NCBI GenBank assembly: GCA_964016885.1
Contig: OZ024741.1
Location: 389,484,001 to 389,548,000 of the forward strand
Length of the DNA stretch: 64,000 nt
Origin: Eledone cirrhosa
Taxonomy: Eukaryota
Direction of reading: 5' to 3'
Part shown: piece after piece, positions 36,426 through 49,331 of the stretch
Numbering within the stretch: the stretch's first letter is position 1
Layout: the number at the start of each line of letters is the position of its first letter
Position numbers and translations under genes: made by a program
The notes under the pieces: generated by a model
Seen by the model: only the letters and a program-made list of their open reading frames with translations
The model's database searches: none
What the model was told of the DNA's origin: nothing

Positions 36426-37546
36426 GATTGTTTAAATACTTTTAATTTTGGTTTTTGTATTTTCTAAATCTTATATCTTATATATTTGATACCTTGGATG
36501 TATTCAGACTTGTAAACCGTTTAATTACTTTGAAAGGTTATTTAAGGTTATTTACGATTCACGAGGATATGATTATACATTTATAGTATAAAAGTCTCTT
36601 TAGATCCAAGTTGATAAATTTTTTTGTACTTAAATTGATGTAAAATTTCAAATACAGTAAAATCTAGTCGAATCAAATTTATAACACTCTTAACAGTAAT
36701 TATATTATATATAAGTGACTAATATCATCTTAAACCTTAAACTTTATAGTCTATATATAAATTATACAAATGTGTATATCTAGATAAATCTGGTTTAATA
36801 ATATCTTATTAAATACATTTATAATGCTTTATGACTTATTAATAACATCTTAATTTTAATGTTTTTTTTACTAATATATTGATTATATTCTTAATTTTAA
36901 TATACTTTTAAATATACTTGTGAGTACCTTTGGAGTTATGATAAACATAAATTTATCTCTTTCACGTTACAATTGCTTGAACTCTGATATAATACAATAA
37001 TATAAATCCTTTAAAATTTTATAGTCTAAAATCTTATGTCATTTGATTAATTGACTATTTCTAATTAACTTAAGATTTGAAAATAAACGGTCACGCATCA
37101 TATGCCTAGATATCCCCCCCCCCTATCTAATTACACGCTATTTATATGTTACAATGCATATCTTCCTCCCTTTGTTTATACGATTAAATTTATTTTCCTC
37201 TCTCTATCATTTGATCATTTCTCCCTTCTCTTGTTCCTACGATCAAATCTCCTTCTTTTTCTCTCTTTCCGCATGATTTGCTATCTCAATCTCTCACTTC
37301 CACTATCTACAATAATGAGGTATGCATATATTTTATTTAAAATTTTAACAGTTATATAAGTTTATGTATTATATATTATTAGTTATTTATATATCTTTAT
37401 ACACATTCTCATACGTACCCTCTGTATTATATGTAATTTTTCATGTTTCAACTTAAGGTATATAAATATCGAGTTTTATCATAACTAATCACTGCCATGA
37501 CTAAATTATAACCATCAACATAGTCAAGGTATGTCAGGAATCAACT

Positions 37547-37612
37547 TATTTTATCTGATGAGGACGTACAGTTGAAATAGCTCAGTACCTCTGAAATATG
37601 TATAATAAAATA
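37547..37612 (+). ncRNA. Type I hammerhead ribozyme in Naiad-type pLTR
   Basis: TATTTTAT-CTGATGA-GGACGTAC...GTACCTCT-GAAA-TATGTA-TA-ATAAAATA. 8-bp stem I. Confidence 0.85.
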
Positions 37613-37747
37613 TATTTGATCACATGAATGTCTATATTTATTAATATTTTGAAGTAATATTAATAACTCCAGAAAACCTTCTTGTAAAGTGCTTCTAATC
37701 TATTGTGAAACTTTATTCATTGATGAATTCATTGAACCTTGTTAAAC

Positions 37748-37787
<40 letters not shown>

Positions 37788-37790
<3 letters not shown>

Positions 37791-38925
37791 CAGTGGCCAT
37801 GCTCTGTGTGTAAGAAAGGAGTAGGTAGAAATTCCATTCTATATCCCAAATGCAAACTATGGGTACATAAAAGATGTAGTAGGATCACAGGTAAGCTATC
37901 TAAGAATGAAGATTTTCTATGTGGCCGATGCTCAGGTGCAGTAAGTAGCAAGGACCCACTGGATGCTATCTCCTTCAACTGCCCAGATGGTTCTATAGAA
38001 ATAGTAGACACTTTCCATTACCTGAGTGACAAAAGCAGCAGTGGAGGAGGGTGCTCTGAAAGTGTAGTAGCCAGAGTTAGAACAGAATGGAAGAAGTTCA
38101 GAGAGCTAATACCACTGTTGACCATAAGGGGTTTTTCTCTAAAGATGAAAGGCAGATTGTATGATGCATGTATGCGAACGGCGATATTACATGGTAATGA
38201 GACCTGGGCGTTATGTGCTGAAGACCTGCGTAGATTAGAAAGAAATGCAGCTTGCATGTTCTGATGGATGTGTAATATTAATGTGCGTGAAAGGCGAAGC
38301 ATAAATGAATTGAGAGAGGGACTAAACATAAGAGGTATCAAATGTTGTGTTCTGGAGAGGAGATTGCGTTGGTATGAACATGTGATGCATATGAAGGGCG
38401 ACAGCTGTATAAAAAAAAAGTGCAGGGCAATGAAAATTGATGAAAGCTACAGAGTGGGTAGACCAAGAAAAACCTGGGACAAGGTGATAAAAACTGACCT
38501 TGCTCACTTACACCTCTCTAAGAAAATGACACTGGGTTGAGATCTTTGGCGCCATGCAGTTGTACAGAAGACCCGACTACCATTGCATACAAACCAACAG
38601 TCAGTAGACACCTCTTAACCCAATGTACACTCCACACCACACACCCTACCCCATCCTCCCTTTCCCGTTCCGTCCACTGTGTCGATCACACAACAGTCCA
38701 TACTGTAAGGTGGTTGTGTAGGAGACATGGTAAAAAGGCTCCCAGTCCACACTGTAAATGTGGTTGGTGTTAGGAAGGGCATCCAGCTGTAAAAAAAACC
38801 TGCCAGAGGCATTTCTGTGCGAGCGAGACACGGTCTCCCAGCCATTTCCGCATCAAATGGAATAAAACCGTCTAACCCATGCTAGCGTGGAAGATGGACG
38901 TTAATCGATGATGATGATGATATTG
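37788..38925 (+). mobile_element. 5'-truncated RTE-clade LINE (PHD-containing family)
   Basis: WPCSVCKKGVGRNS...WVHKRC...FLCGRC, IEIVDTFHYL, RLRWYEHV, GRPRKTW. (GAT)n tail. Confidence 0.85.
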
Positions 38926-38947
38926 ATGATACGTATATATGTATATA

Positions 38948-39034
<87 letters not shown>

Positions 39035-39145
39035 TCGCAGATATATATATATAAAAGACAGCGAGAAGCGAAAACCAACCAAACAGTGAGTGTGTTCTGT
39101 TATTAATTCTGGCAATATTACGCAAATATGACCCTCCCCAAATAT

Positions 39146-39211
<66 letters not shown>

Positions 39212-42200
39212 GGTAAATATCTTTAAGTCGTTTGGAAGCCTCGACAATGCAAATGGGTAAATCTCCGGGTAACAAGATCCGGTGGTGGAGAGAGAGATGT
39301 AAGTGGGTGTACGTTGAGATGCGTGGTGTGTATAAGACGTGTAGAGGAATGAAGGAAAGAGTATAAAGGATAAAATTAAAATAACAACACGAGAGAGAGT
39401 TACCTTGGGAGAGATTTAATTGTCCCTATATATTTCGGATTCACATCCATCAACTGGGGGGGTTTTCCGGGGTGGGGAAAGGTTTCTGTTGGAAAGGTGC
39501 GAAACGCGTCCTCCGCTGTTTGTTGTTTTGAATATCTGAGGTATTCAGCAGAGCGCGCGTGCGCGTGAAATGGGGTCGGTCGGGCAGAGGTCAGCGGCCG
39601 AATGTGGGAGTGGGGTGGCGCTGGCTGTCAGTCCATTCTCTGCTTGTTTGTTAAATGTTACTGTGTGTGTGTGTGCGTGTGTTGTTGTCTCGCTTGAGCG
39701 TGTGTGTGTGTGCGTGTGTTGTTGCCTTGTTCCTCTGTATTGGCAGTGTAGTATGTTCGTATGGTGGAATGCTACTATGTGTGTGTGCGTGTGCGTGTAT
39801 AGTTGACTCGTTTGTGTGTGTGTGTGCGTGTGTTGCTGCATCGTTTGTTAACTTAAACCAGCCACCTCATTTCGCTTCTCTCGGATCGATTGTTTATTTG
39901 CGGTGCTAGACGTTTGATAAAAAGCGCTTCCTTGATACGTAACGTGCCGACATTTCTTTCAGTCGCTAGAATTGTGACAATGGGCCTTCCGTCTTTGTTT
40001 CCGCATTTATCTATGTGTTTCCGGAAAGACGAGGCCCTAGTTTTAGTGTGTTCCTTGATCCGGATGTGCAAAGGTCGGATTGTGCTACCTATATAGTATT
40101 GGTTGCACCTGTCACATTCTATCTTATACACGACATATGTGCGTAGGCAACAGTTCGCATGGCGTATCGGGCAGTCTCTGAGGGAGCACGCGTCAATGGA
40201 TTTCCCGGGTTTCCTGGAGAGGCATCTTCGCAGGGAGGGGCCCGAGTGGGCCAGGTGGATGTCGAGGCCCTCCCTCCGTATAGCCTTGCGGATAGCGTTG
40301 GTGGTATTCTCGCCCAGGTGTGGCATTTTAAGGAAGCACTTGCCTTGGGTGCCTCTCTATCTCTTGTGTCTGGCGTCTCCCACTCTGTCTGTGAGCGAGG
40401 TAGGGTACCCGTTCGTCTCCAGCACCTCGAGGAATCGCTTGGTATGAGTGACACCACTCGCGGGATCGCTGCATCTGTTTTTGATTCGCGCGATCTCGTC
40501 CGTGATGTATCCTCTTTTGGCACTGTTAGGGAGGGCGGACTTGTAGTGAACGAACAGGTCCCTGCAGGCTGCCTTTCGGTAGAAGTTGCAGTGTATCCTT
40601 CCCTGTTCCGTGATGTTGATTCGGAAGTCGAGGAGGGCAAGTGACCCGTCTTCGTTGGGGTGTTCAACACTGAAGTCAATGTTCTCGTCCGTATTGTTGA
40701 ACGTCTCATAGATTCTGTTCGCCGTGTCTTGGGAAGATGTGAGGATGAGGATATCGTCCACGTACCTTGAGAAAAAGGCGACGGCGTTGGGATGGCAGGC
40801 GTTGAGTGCCTTGCGCTCGAGATTGTCCATGTAAGAGATCGCTAGCACACCCGACAGGCTTGATCCCATGGGCAATCCCGAGGTTTGTTGGTATGTTTGG
40901 TCAAGGAATCCGAAGTAGGTGTTGTCGACGACGATGGATAGGAGTTGGTGGATGTCAGTGGTGGTGAGCCCGAAGCAGTGTAGGTCGGTGGATTGGACGC
41001 GTTCCATCAGTATATTGACGGCCGGGAGTGCCGGGACCGAGGTGTAGAGAGCGACTACATCAAGGCTGAAGGCATTTCTGTTATTCCTTCTGGTGTCGGG
41101 ATCCATTTGATGCAGGCGCTTCAACACCTCCTCGGATCTGTTAACGTGTCCCGGCAAGGTGTCTAAGATGGGTTTGAGTATTCTGGCTAGGAGCCATGAA
41201 ATTTTGTAGAGTGGTCCCTCCACGCTCGATACAATGGGCCCGATCTTCGGGTCGGGTCCCTGTTTGTGTGTTTTCACGAGGTGGTAGAAGGCGGGTAGTC
41301 TGCTGTTCCTCGTGAGGAGGTTGTATCTCAGCTTCTTCGGGAGCTTCCGCCGATCGCAGATGTTGGTCCAGGCGGCATTGATGTGCTCTTCTATCTGCGC
41401 GGGAGTGATTCCTGTGACCTTGGAGTAGAGGTTGTCATCGTCAAGGTGTTGCAGGGCCAGGGTGTTGTAGGCCTCTCTGCTGATGACGCAGAACTCTTTT
41501 CCCTTGTCGGAGGGGAGATAGATGAGGTTCTTCGATTTTAGGTTGGAGAGAGTGGTGAGTTGAGATTTGGTGAGGTTATGTGTTGTGCGTGTGTGTGTGT
41601 GTTTGTGAAGTATATCCGAGATGGAGTGTTTTAGCCTGATGAGTTTAGTGTCGAGTTCGTGGTTGGTGGGTGGGGGTGGAATGGGTTGTCGGGGTGGTAA
41701 GTGGGGAATTTGGGGTGGGTTGCGTGGGCGCTGTTATTTTCTGTGGCGCTGTTGATGGCGGTCACCCATTTAAGTTGGTAAGCGGCTCGACAAAAGTTGG
41801 CCTCGATGTTGAGTTTGAGTCTGTCGTCGAGACGTGTGAGACGATGAACTTGGGTCCGAGGTGTAGGAGTTTCAGCTCGTCGCTCGTGAGAATGCCGGTT
41901 AGGTCGGTGACCAGGTACGTCGCATCGTTGAGGTGTGGCTCGGTGTTGGTGGATGGGGCGGTGGCGGTTGTTAAGTTGTTGTTTTCCACGTGGTTCTGGT
42001 CCGTCTGTTCGTTAGTGTCTATGTTCTCGTTGTGGCGTTTCGACAAGATCCACTCATATTTTCGCTTGAGCCGTTTTTTCTCGTATTGGCTCTGGAGTGG
42101 TAGCACTGGTCGATTGCTTTAGTGATTTTTAGGAGCAAGTCCCCGGGTGCTATTGACAGTCGATGTGTCCGCTCTGAGAGTGTCCGCTTATGGACGTGTA

Positions 42201-42862
42201 ATTGGCGGTTGAGATGTCTCAGGATCTGTTTGATACACGTGCGATGTATGCGGTTAGTGGTGTTTTGGAAAGGTGGTGTACGTAGGCTTACTGGTAAGCG
42301 GATGTTCCTGATGGTGGTGGGGATGACATCGTTTTTTAGGCAGTGTTTCAGGAAAATAATTTGACAGCCAGCATTGGCCCATTTCTCCGACAATCTAAAC
42401 AGTTCCCTTACGGATGCAAACAATTCCTGGCTCAGGTGTAAGGATAAGAGAGTATTGAAGTTTGCTTGAAGCATTGTGGAATAATAGGTAAATACCTTAG
42501 ATATTCAAAACAACAAACAGCGGAGGACGCGTTTTGCACCTTTCCGACAGACAACCTTTCCCCCACCCCGGAAAAAACCCCCAGTTGGTGGATGTGAATC
42601 CGAAATATATAGGAACAATTAAATCTCTCCCAAGGTAACTCTTTCTCGTGTTGTTATTTTAATTTTATCCTTTATACTCTTTCCTTCATTCCTCTACACG
42701 TCTTATACACACCACGCATCTCAACGTACACCCACTTACATCTCTCTCCACCACCGGATCTTGTTACCCGGAGATTTACCTATTTGCATTGTCGAGGCTT
42801 CCAAACGACTTAAAGATATTTACCTATTATTCCACAATGCTTCAAGCAAACTTCAATACTCT

Positions 42863-42867
<5 letters not shown>
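39212..42867 (-). mobile_element. Near full-length Penelope-like element with inverted upstream pLTR
   Basis: 42491-42824 (+) is an inverted copy of 39212-39545. 42444-42494 and 42817-42867 are inverted repeats. (TA)n both sides. Confidence 0.88.
39853..42474 (-). pseudogene. PLE RT-GIY-YIG ORF with a few frameshifts
   Basis: LGPKF, YLPSDKG, FYHLVKTHK, FSLDVVALYTSVP, GLPMGSSLS, RYVDD, LLDFRI, CSLRDC...VVYKIECDRCNQYYIGST.RPLHIRIKEH, EALFI...QIN. Confidence 0.88.
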
Positions 42868-42926
<59 letters not shown>

Positions 42927-42971
42927 TTAGTTAAGAAAAACAAGACCACAAATGTCACATATATATATATG

Positions 42972-43020
<49 letters not shown>

Positions 43021-43199
43021 CGGTTGCAAAGGAAGGCGGAAGCATAGGATCCTATATGATTTGGTCTCTTCAATTTAAAAATGCCATCGATGCTGCTATG
43101 CAGACGTAAAACTCTCTTCACCACCATGAAGAAACACCAACTTCCCATCACAATGATCTTCAACCCCACCAAGAAAGTCTTACATGAAGATACGGCAGC

Positions 43200-43363
43200 C
43201 AGAGCCGTCTTAACGCATGGGCAAGCTGGGCAGTTGCCCGGGGGCTCCACGATGATAGGGGACCCATTTGTATTTATATTCCTGTGAGTGGTTGTGTAGG
43301 TAGGGGCCCCAGTACTCTGCTTTGCCCGGGAGTGGGGCCTATAATGCTGTTAAGACGGCCCTG
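43200..43363. mobile_element. hAT-type MITE (164 bp)
   Basis: TIRs CAGAGCCGTCTTAAC / GTTAAGACGGCCCTG. 8-bp TSD ACGGCAGC / ACGGCAAC. Confidence 0.85.
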
Positions 43364-43570
43364 ACGGCAACTCCAGAAATGCCTGAAGAAGAGGTGCCAC
43401 CTGAGGTGCTTTAAATCCTCTACTTTGCTGTGCAGTCATTTTCTTAATTATTTTCATCATCATCATCATCATCTTCATTCAATACTTATTGGTGAGTACC
43501 CATATATTTTACTGTATTTTTTATTAAATTATTATTAGATATATATTTTTGAAATTATATTTTACTACTG

Positions 43571-43950
43571 ACTGCGAGGTCCTAACTTCACTGGCGGCTC
43601 GCCTAACAAAGGTAACTGGTGATGCTCGTGAGGGCGCTTGGTTGTTCCAGCGCATCAGCCTCGCCATCATCCGAGGTAACGTTGCGAGCGTGCTGGCTTG
43701 CCTCAAAAATTATGAGAGGTTTCACAATGCCCCTCATGATATTGTTATCTTTTGTTCTGACAGCGATTCATTTGTCCACCCCTTTTACAAGTCTTTTGTT
43801 GTATGTGGTCCTAGATATATGTATTACCTGCTTGTGCATTTTATTTCTTTTTATATTTCTTTTTTTCCTTTCCTTTTTATTTCTTTTTTTTCTCTTTCTA
43901 TTTGTAATAATATATATTGTTTAATAAAAACTTTTAAACATTATTCATAT
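43571..43950 (+). mobile_element. CRE-clade non-LTR 3' remnant
   Basis: TGDAREGAWLFQRISLAIIRGNVASVL, the typical CRE C-terminus, followed by a T-rich 3' UTR. Confidence 0.65.
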
Positions 43951-43959
43951 AAATAGTAC

Positions 43960-44335
43960 AATATAAATGGCATTAAGAAAACAAGCAAAAGAATAAAGAA
44001 ATTAAGCAACGAAAGAAGTGGAGATTGAGGGACAGGCTTCACACCACAGTCTGAGTGGCATGATTCAGCTGTGCCCCGTGGACAAAATGACGAAGGCATT
44101 GCCACAGAGGATGGTTTGCAACACTCGTTATAACAGTCACCCTACCACACGAGACTCCTTCTTTGGGGGGACAGCAGTTTTCCCAATTTGTGGAGGGAAA
44201 ACATCAGTGCAGGGCCCAAAGACATCTGAGGTTTCGATGACGACCTGCGTGAAAAGGAAGCGGTTGGTGAAGCCCCGGTATTTTAACTAATTTTCTCTGC
44301 ATTGCGGGTGGCGGTCCCAGAGTTTACAGTTGGAG
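43960..44335 (-). mobile_element. Second CRE-clade 3' remnant (degenerate)
   Basis: Minus strand reads RNAEK..KYRG..NRFLFT.VVIETS.VFGP...RV.QTILCGNAF.IL. Confidence 0.55.
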
Positions 44336-44498
44336 GCAGAGAACACGTCGCATCATGTCACGTCACAGATTAGAGATTTACATCCCTCGAATGGAAAGAG
44401 CTTTTCATCTCATCTGAGAGCTTTTCATCACATAGGTCGAGGCCGGTTAGCTCCAGTTATGATGGGAAGCCGGCTGCGACGAAGTTCCTTCTGGTTAC

Positions 44499-44700
44499 TG
44501 TAGTGCACCTGAACACTGTACACAATAATTTCATTATTATTACTACGCCAGATATCCCACCTATATACACACGCACACTTGTATATCATGACTCATACAG
44601 TTCACTTTCCTGACATTTGTACTTTATTCTATGTACTATACATGCACCTTTGATGAGTTGTAGTGCACCTGAGCACTGTATACAATAATTTCATTATTAT
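44499..44700 (+). repeat. Duplicated LINE-like 3' end with (ATT)n tail
   Basis: TGTAGTGCACCTGAxCACTGTAxACAATAATTTCATTATTAT at ~44499 and ~44659. Confidence 0.55.
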
Positions 44701-44719
44701 ACTCTACTACAGTTATGTT

Positions 44720-45186
44720 ATATAGTTATGTCGTTCAGAGCGGCGTTAATCCATGCATCAATCCCCAGACTCAAGGCACTTGCCACATTGATCCTTCCAT
44801 TCCTCATAGACGCTACTCCCAGTGGTAAGAAAATCTCGGAAGAGCTGGACAGCAGAAGGTGTTCAGAGAAGAAACCCCCTTCAAGCGAGTGTTTTGGTCC
44901 GACAGAGAGCGATGGAGAAGCTGCTATAAATCCACAACACATTTTTTCGCTTTGATTGTATATTTTTTTGTATTATATTTATAAGGTTCCTAGCAATAAT
45001 TAATTGATTATATGTATATATTTATATTTAATCTTATATATTTGTTATATGATAAAAAAAACAAAAAAAAACGAAATGGTTTTGTTTTTATTTCTGCAGA
45101 TTCTGACATTTTTGTGTTGTGTTCAAGACATAAAAATCTTAAAATCGTTTTTAAAAAATGTATAATATAAAAAAAGAGGGTGTTAA
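44720..45186 (+). mobile_element. Possible piggyBac-like transposase 3' remnant
   Basis: PRL...P.LIDATPSGKK followed by a decayed Cys/Arg region. Candidate end GGGTG|TTAA at ~45182. Confidence 0.3.
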
Positions 45187-46264
45187 AAAGTTCTTCACTA
45201 AAATAAATAACTGCTACAACAACTCGCGAACTTTTATATCACTCACTCTCTATCTATCTCATACTCACTACATTTTTCTCACAGCAAACACCCTCCCATA
45301 CACACTCTTTATTTCTAATCTTTCTTACAACAAACATTCTACCTCCCTTTCTTTTTCTCTTTCGCCTCCTCTTCTCTTTTATTTTGCATGTCATTCACTG
45401 CAATCACGTCATCTATTTCCTGTTCCATCTCATATTCACTTCCGCCGGCCATTACATACTTCATTACACTATTATTTTGGTATCTATTTTAAATGTATTT
45501 TTTTCTACCCACAACAAACAAACCTTCTGACACCTATGAGCTCCCTTTAGATTTGATATGTATTGTATATACAGTGATTATCCCGCACGATACACCTAGG
45601 ATTAGTGTGAAAGAAATACTTAAAAGAAAGTCTATCGGATCATACTTATAGGAGGTAAATAATTTTGAAAGATATTTTAGCAAATCAATGAAAATATATG
45701 GTTGATTGAATAATGTACGTTAAAACAACTTGACAAAAATCAGTTTTATTCACAAAAGTACAAGTAAGGATGCTGCCCTGCCCCCTTGTAGTGTAAGAAG
45801 TTAAGGGCCGAAACACTTCCTTGAAGAGTGTTCTCTGAAGATCTGCTGCCCAGCTCCCCAGAGAGTTTCTTACCACGCATTATCACATCTACAGAGTTTG
45901 GTCCTTGTTTCCCGCCAAATAATTCTTCATGTTAATTAAAATTAACGCGTAAGATTTTGATTTCTATTTTTAATTTCGTATATATTGTTGTCGTGTGTGT
46001 GTGTGTGTGTATATATATACAAATAATCAAAACATCAAATATGTTTAGAATTTTGTGTTTCTCAATAAGCAAGCTCGATAGACTATCTAGAGCCATAATA
46101 GCCAAATAAAGTGATATATGTATATATATAGAGAGAGAGAAAGAACCATATATCGTACAAGAAACACTATAGAAGAATATGTACACATATATGTTGAGAA
46201 AAATACTGTTTATTTTTGTTTGTACACTGATCTACACAAACATTTTAACCGTACATATCTTCAT

Positions 46265-46298
<34 letters not shown>

Positions 46299-46301
<3 letters not shown>

Positions 46302-46733
46302 CGATATTAACAAATGGAAACTATATTTATAAAACAATATTTATTTCATTATACATATTTCAAGGACACCAAGTTAAATGATGGTGTGCTTTCATCAGAT
46401 AAAATATAATATAGAGCAGTTTTATAAATAAATATTGACATACCCTTAAAGAATGCGACCATTACTGTTGGAAGCTCCCGGATAGCTTCCAACAGTAATG
46501 GTCGCATTCTTTAAGGGTATGTCAATATTTATTTATAAAACTGCTCTATATTATTTTATCTGATGAAAGCACACCATCATTTAACTTGGTGTCCTTGAAA
46601 TAAATATGGTTTTATAAATATAGTTTCCATTTGTTAATATCGTATTTTACTCAAATTATTTGTTGAGTGCTTTATATCAGTTATAAAAATATTTGCTTGT
46701 TGTATCCCAACAATTTAAATAGAACTTCTACAT
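46299..46733. mobile_element. PLE pLTR-only insertion forming a ~350-bp near-perfect palindrome
   Basis: Arms 46299-46476 and 46484-46645, loop CCCGGAT. Hammerhead in each arm. (TA)n flanks. Confidence 0.8.
46342..46406 (-). ncRNA. Type I hammerhead ribozyme (left arm; right-arm copy at ~46552-46600 lacks stem III)
   Basis: TATTTTAT-CTGATGA-AAGCACACCA...TGGTGTCCTT-GAAA-TATGTA-TA-ATGAAATA. Confidence 0.82.
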
Positions 46734-46835
46734 ATATATATATATATATTAACATTCAGTATATATATATTATGTTTATGTATTTGTCTTGCAAGATTCT
46801 TGGTGTGAAATCATGCATTGAAATCGATATTATAT

Positions 46836-47075
46836 TTAGGGATGGTCATGTTTCCGGTAAACGGGTAAAGACCCCTTCCCCCCTTCGGTCCAGAATGACC
46901 ATGGGATTTACACCTAGAAAGTTTCCCCTCCGAGGTATAATTCCAGCAAAGTGTTTTTGTGAAAGATCAGTAGTCACCCGTACATACTGTCACCCCTCTC
47001 TACTTCACTTATGTTACCCAAGGGAAAGGCAAAGGCCAATACAGCTTGGCACCAGTGACATTGCAACTCAGTTCT
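46836..47075 (-). mobile_element. SINE fragment (resembles an abundant octopus SINE as recalled)
   Basis: GAATGACCATGGGATT...CCTAGAAAG...AAGGGAAAGGCAAAGG...CAGCTTGGCACCAGTGAC. Recognition is from memory, not a search. Confidence 0.5.
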
Positions 47076-47313
47076 GGCTCTCAGACTGACGAAAAGACCA
47101 ATAAAGCAAGACCAAGACCCACCCTCCGTCAACGCACCAACTGCTGATTAATTATTATTTTCAATCCCTCATTACAATAATATTTTACTGGGTAATAATT
47201 AGAATTTCCATGTCAATACTTTTCCTGAAACTTCTGTAGAAAAAATATAAACAACCATGTATACGTAGATTATCTCTCTCAGACTTTTACAAAGCGCTGC
47301 GAAGATAAAATTG

Positions 47314-47553
47314 ATATAAAGGAGGATGTGCTCATGCGCGGAAATGCTTTAAACTAGCTTATATATAGGGTGAAGACCCTTTAAAGATGGGAAAAGAAGT
47401 ATCCATCAGCCACTATGAGAAATCGAACCCTATACAGCCAGTATTTGGGGTTCGATTCCTCACAGCGGGCGATGGCAACTTCTTTTTCCATCTTTAAAGA
47501 GTCTTCACCCTATTTTATAGCATTTCCACGCATTAGCATATCATCCTTTATAT
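47314..47553. repeat. 240-bp imperfect foldback (MITE-like)
   Basis: ATAGGGTGAAGACCCTTTAAAGATGG...GAACCC / GGGTTC...CCATCTTTAAAGAGTCTTCACCCTAT, with outer arms also pairing. Confidence 0.75.
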
Positions 47554-48814
47554 TAAATATATATTGTTTCTGTACAAGGAACTGATTGAATCAACCCTAA
47601 CTCTATTTTGGAATAAATTAGTTCGGATTATATATTGTCATCAATCTAGAACACAGAAACATTGACTTTAGTCTATACTACAACTGAATGATGAAACTCT
47701 GATCGTCACCACAAAAGGTCTGCCATCTATATATGGCTCCCAAGAAATTCCATGGTAAAAAGTAAAAGGAAACTATGGGCTCAAAGTATGTTGAGTTTTT
47801 TATAGTGACAAAAGCTTCTGTGATGCTTTCTAAATGTTTGAAGAAGTTTACCATTTTGATACCAAACTACCTGAAACCACCCTTGGTTATATGATATAAA
47901 AGTTCTTGTTTTAAATTGTTTATATTTATCTAAAAACCTAAAAACCTATTGTGTTTTACAGGTGGAAAGATGACCTCACCCTAATTGTAAAAGTGCTGGT
48001 GCCATGATAAAATGCATCCAGCCCAATCTGTAAAGTGTTAGTGCTGATGTTTCGATAAAATGCACCCAGCACAAACTATAATGGCTAGTGCTGGTGCCAC
48101 AATAACAAGCAGCCATTCCCCCCTGAGGTGGTAGTACTGATACAATGATGTAAAGTATCAAGTCCACCCTGCTGGAATTAATAAAATGCTTCCAGTACAT
48201 GCTGTAAAATGATTAGCCTTGAGACAAGCATCCTGCTTTAGAAGCCAAGCCAAAAGCATAAGACCTGACCAATCTAGCCTCAGTACATGACAACCCATGC
48301 AGACATGAAAGCATAAGTGTTCAATTATGATATGTACTTTCTACCTCTAGTCATGTTCTTAATTTGTGTCTTTCTAGATATTCCCCCTACATCAGTTTTG
48401 TATGTATGTGATGGATCTATAACTCCTGGTGGAGTCGTAGGAGGGTCGTAGTGATGTATGGCATGTCTCAAGCATTTTTATGACCTGGCAGAAGACATAT
48501 CTTCTCCAGGTCGATCACAGTTGATTTCTTGCAGAGTAGTGAGAAAGAGATATAGTGGAAGAATCGACCCCAGTAGTAATTTTTTTATTGACCTCAAAAG
48601 GATGAAAGACAAATTTGACCTCGGCACATCAGTTTTTAACACCATCAATTTCAACTGCATATTCATACTATTTTGTCTTTCCTCTGTATATTTATTTCCC
48701 ACGTCTGACTTATTAGGTTTTTGGTTTATCTTTTCTGTCTTTCAATATCTAATATGAAGACTATCTTCTTTAATAAGCTACTATATCATACACTGAAATA
48801 TCTCTTATACGTTA

Positions 48815-48835
48815 CACTCTTTTTATGTATTTCAG
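48815..48835 (+). promoter_or_regulatory. Probable splice acceptor of the ZNF coding exon
   Basis: CTCTTTTTATGTATTTCAG|G. Similarity to the paralogue starts here. Confidence 0.6.
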
Positions 48836-49331
48836 GATATCTGATGATAACGAGGTATTTGGACTAAAGAAACAATGTTACCAATAATACAGAAAATTTT
48901 GTTTATATATCTTCAGTTCTATCACTGTGAAATATTTCTTGGGAATTGCAATTAATTTCCAATATTTTATCTGTACATAACTTCTACATTGCTCCTGTGA
49001 TGAAGTAACATCAAATTTTTTTAAGCTTTGCTATTGATTTATGTCTTTCATATCATTTAATGGTTGATTTCTAAATTGAAGACCAAGATTTTAAGAAAAG
49101 TCTCCATCTTAAAACTGTCTTGTTACAATAGAGACATCTTCAGACTTTGACAAAGATCACATTTGAAGAAGATATAGTGTTTATTGAAAATATTTATATA
49201 AATATCTCTATGTTGAAAATTACAGAAGAAAGTAATCAAGGCATAGAAGTAGTTAACAATAAAGAACATCAATGAAATAATTACAATAACAATTATAAAA
49301 GAAAAGTATTTTGTGAAGAAGATTTGAAATT

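Larger units (their letters stand above)
32826..37755 (+). mobile_element. 5'-truncated Penelope-like element (Naiad-type) with long AT-rich 3' region, interrupted by an LTR element
   Basis: RT thumb and GIY-YIG ORF, terminal hammerhead at 37547-37612, (TA)n both sides. Confidence 0.8.

Noticed and set aside
48836-48885. CTGATGA...GAAAC as a hammerhead in the ZNF 5' UTR
   Set aside because: No stem I or stem II pairing.
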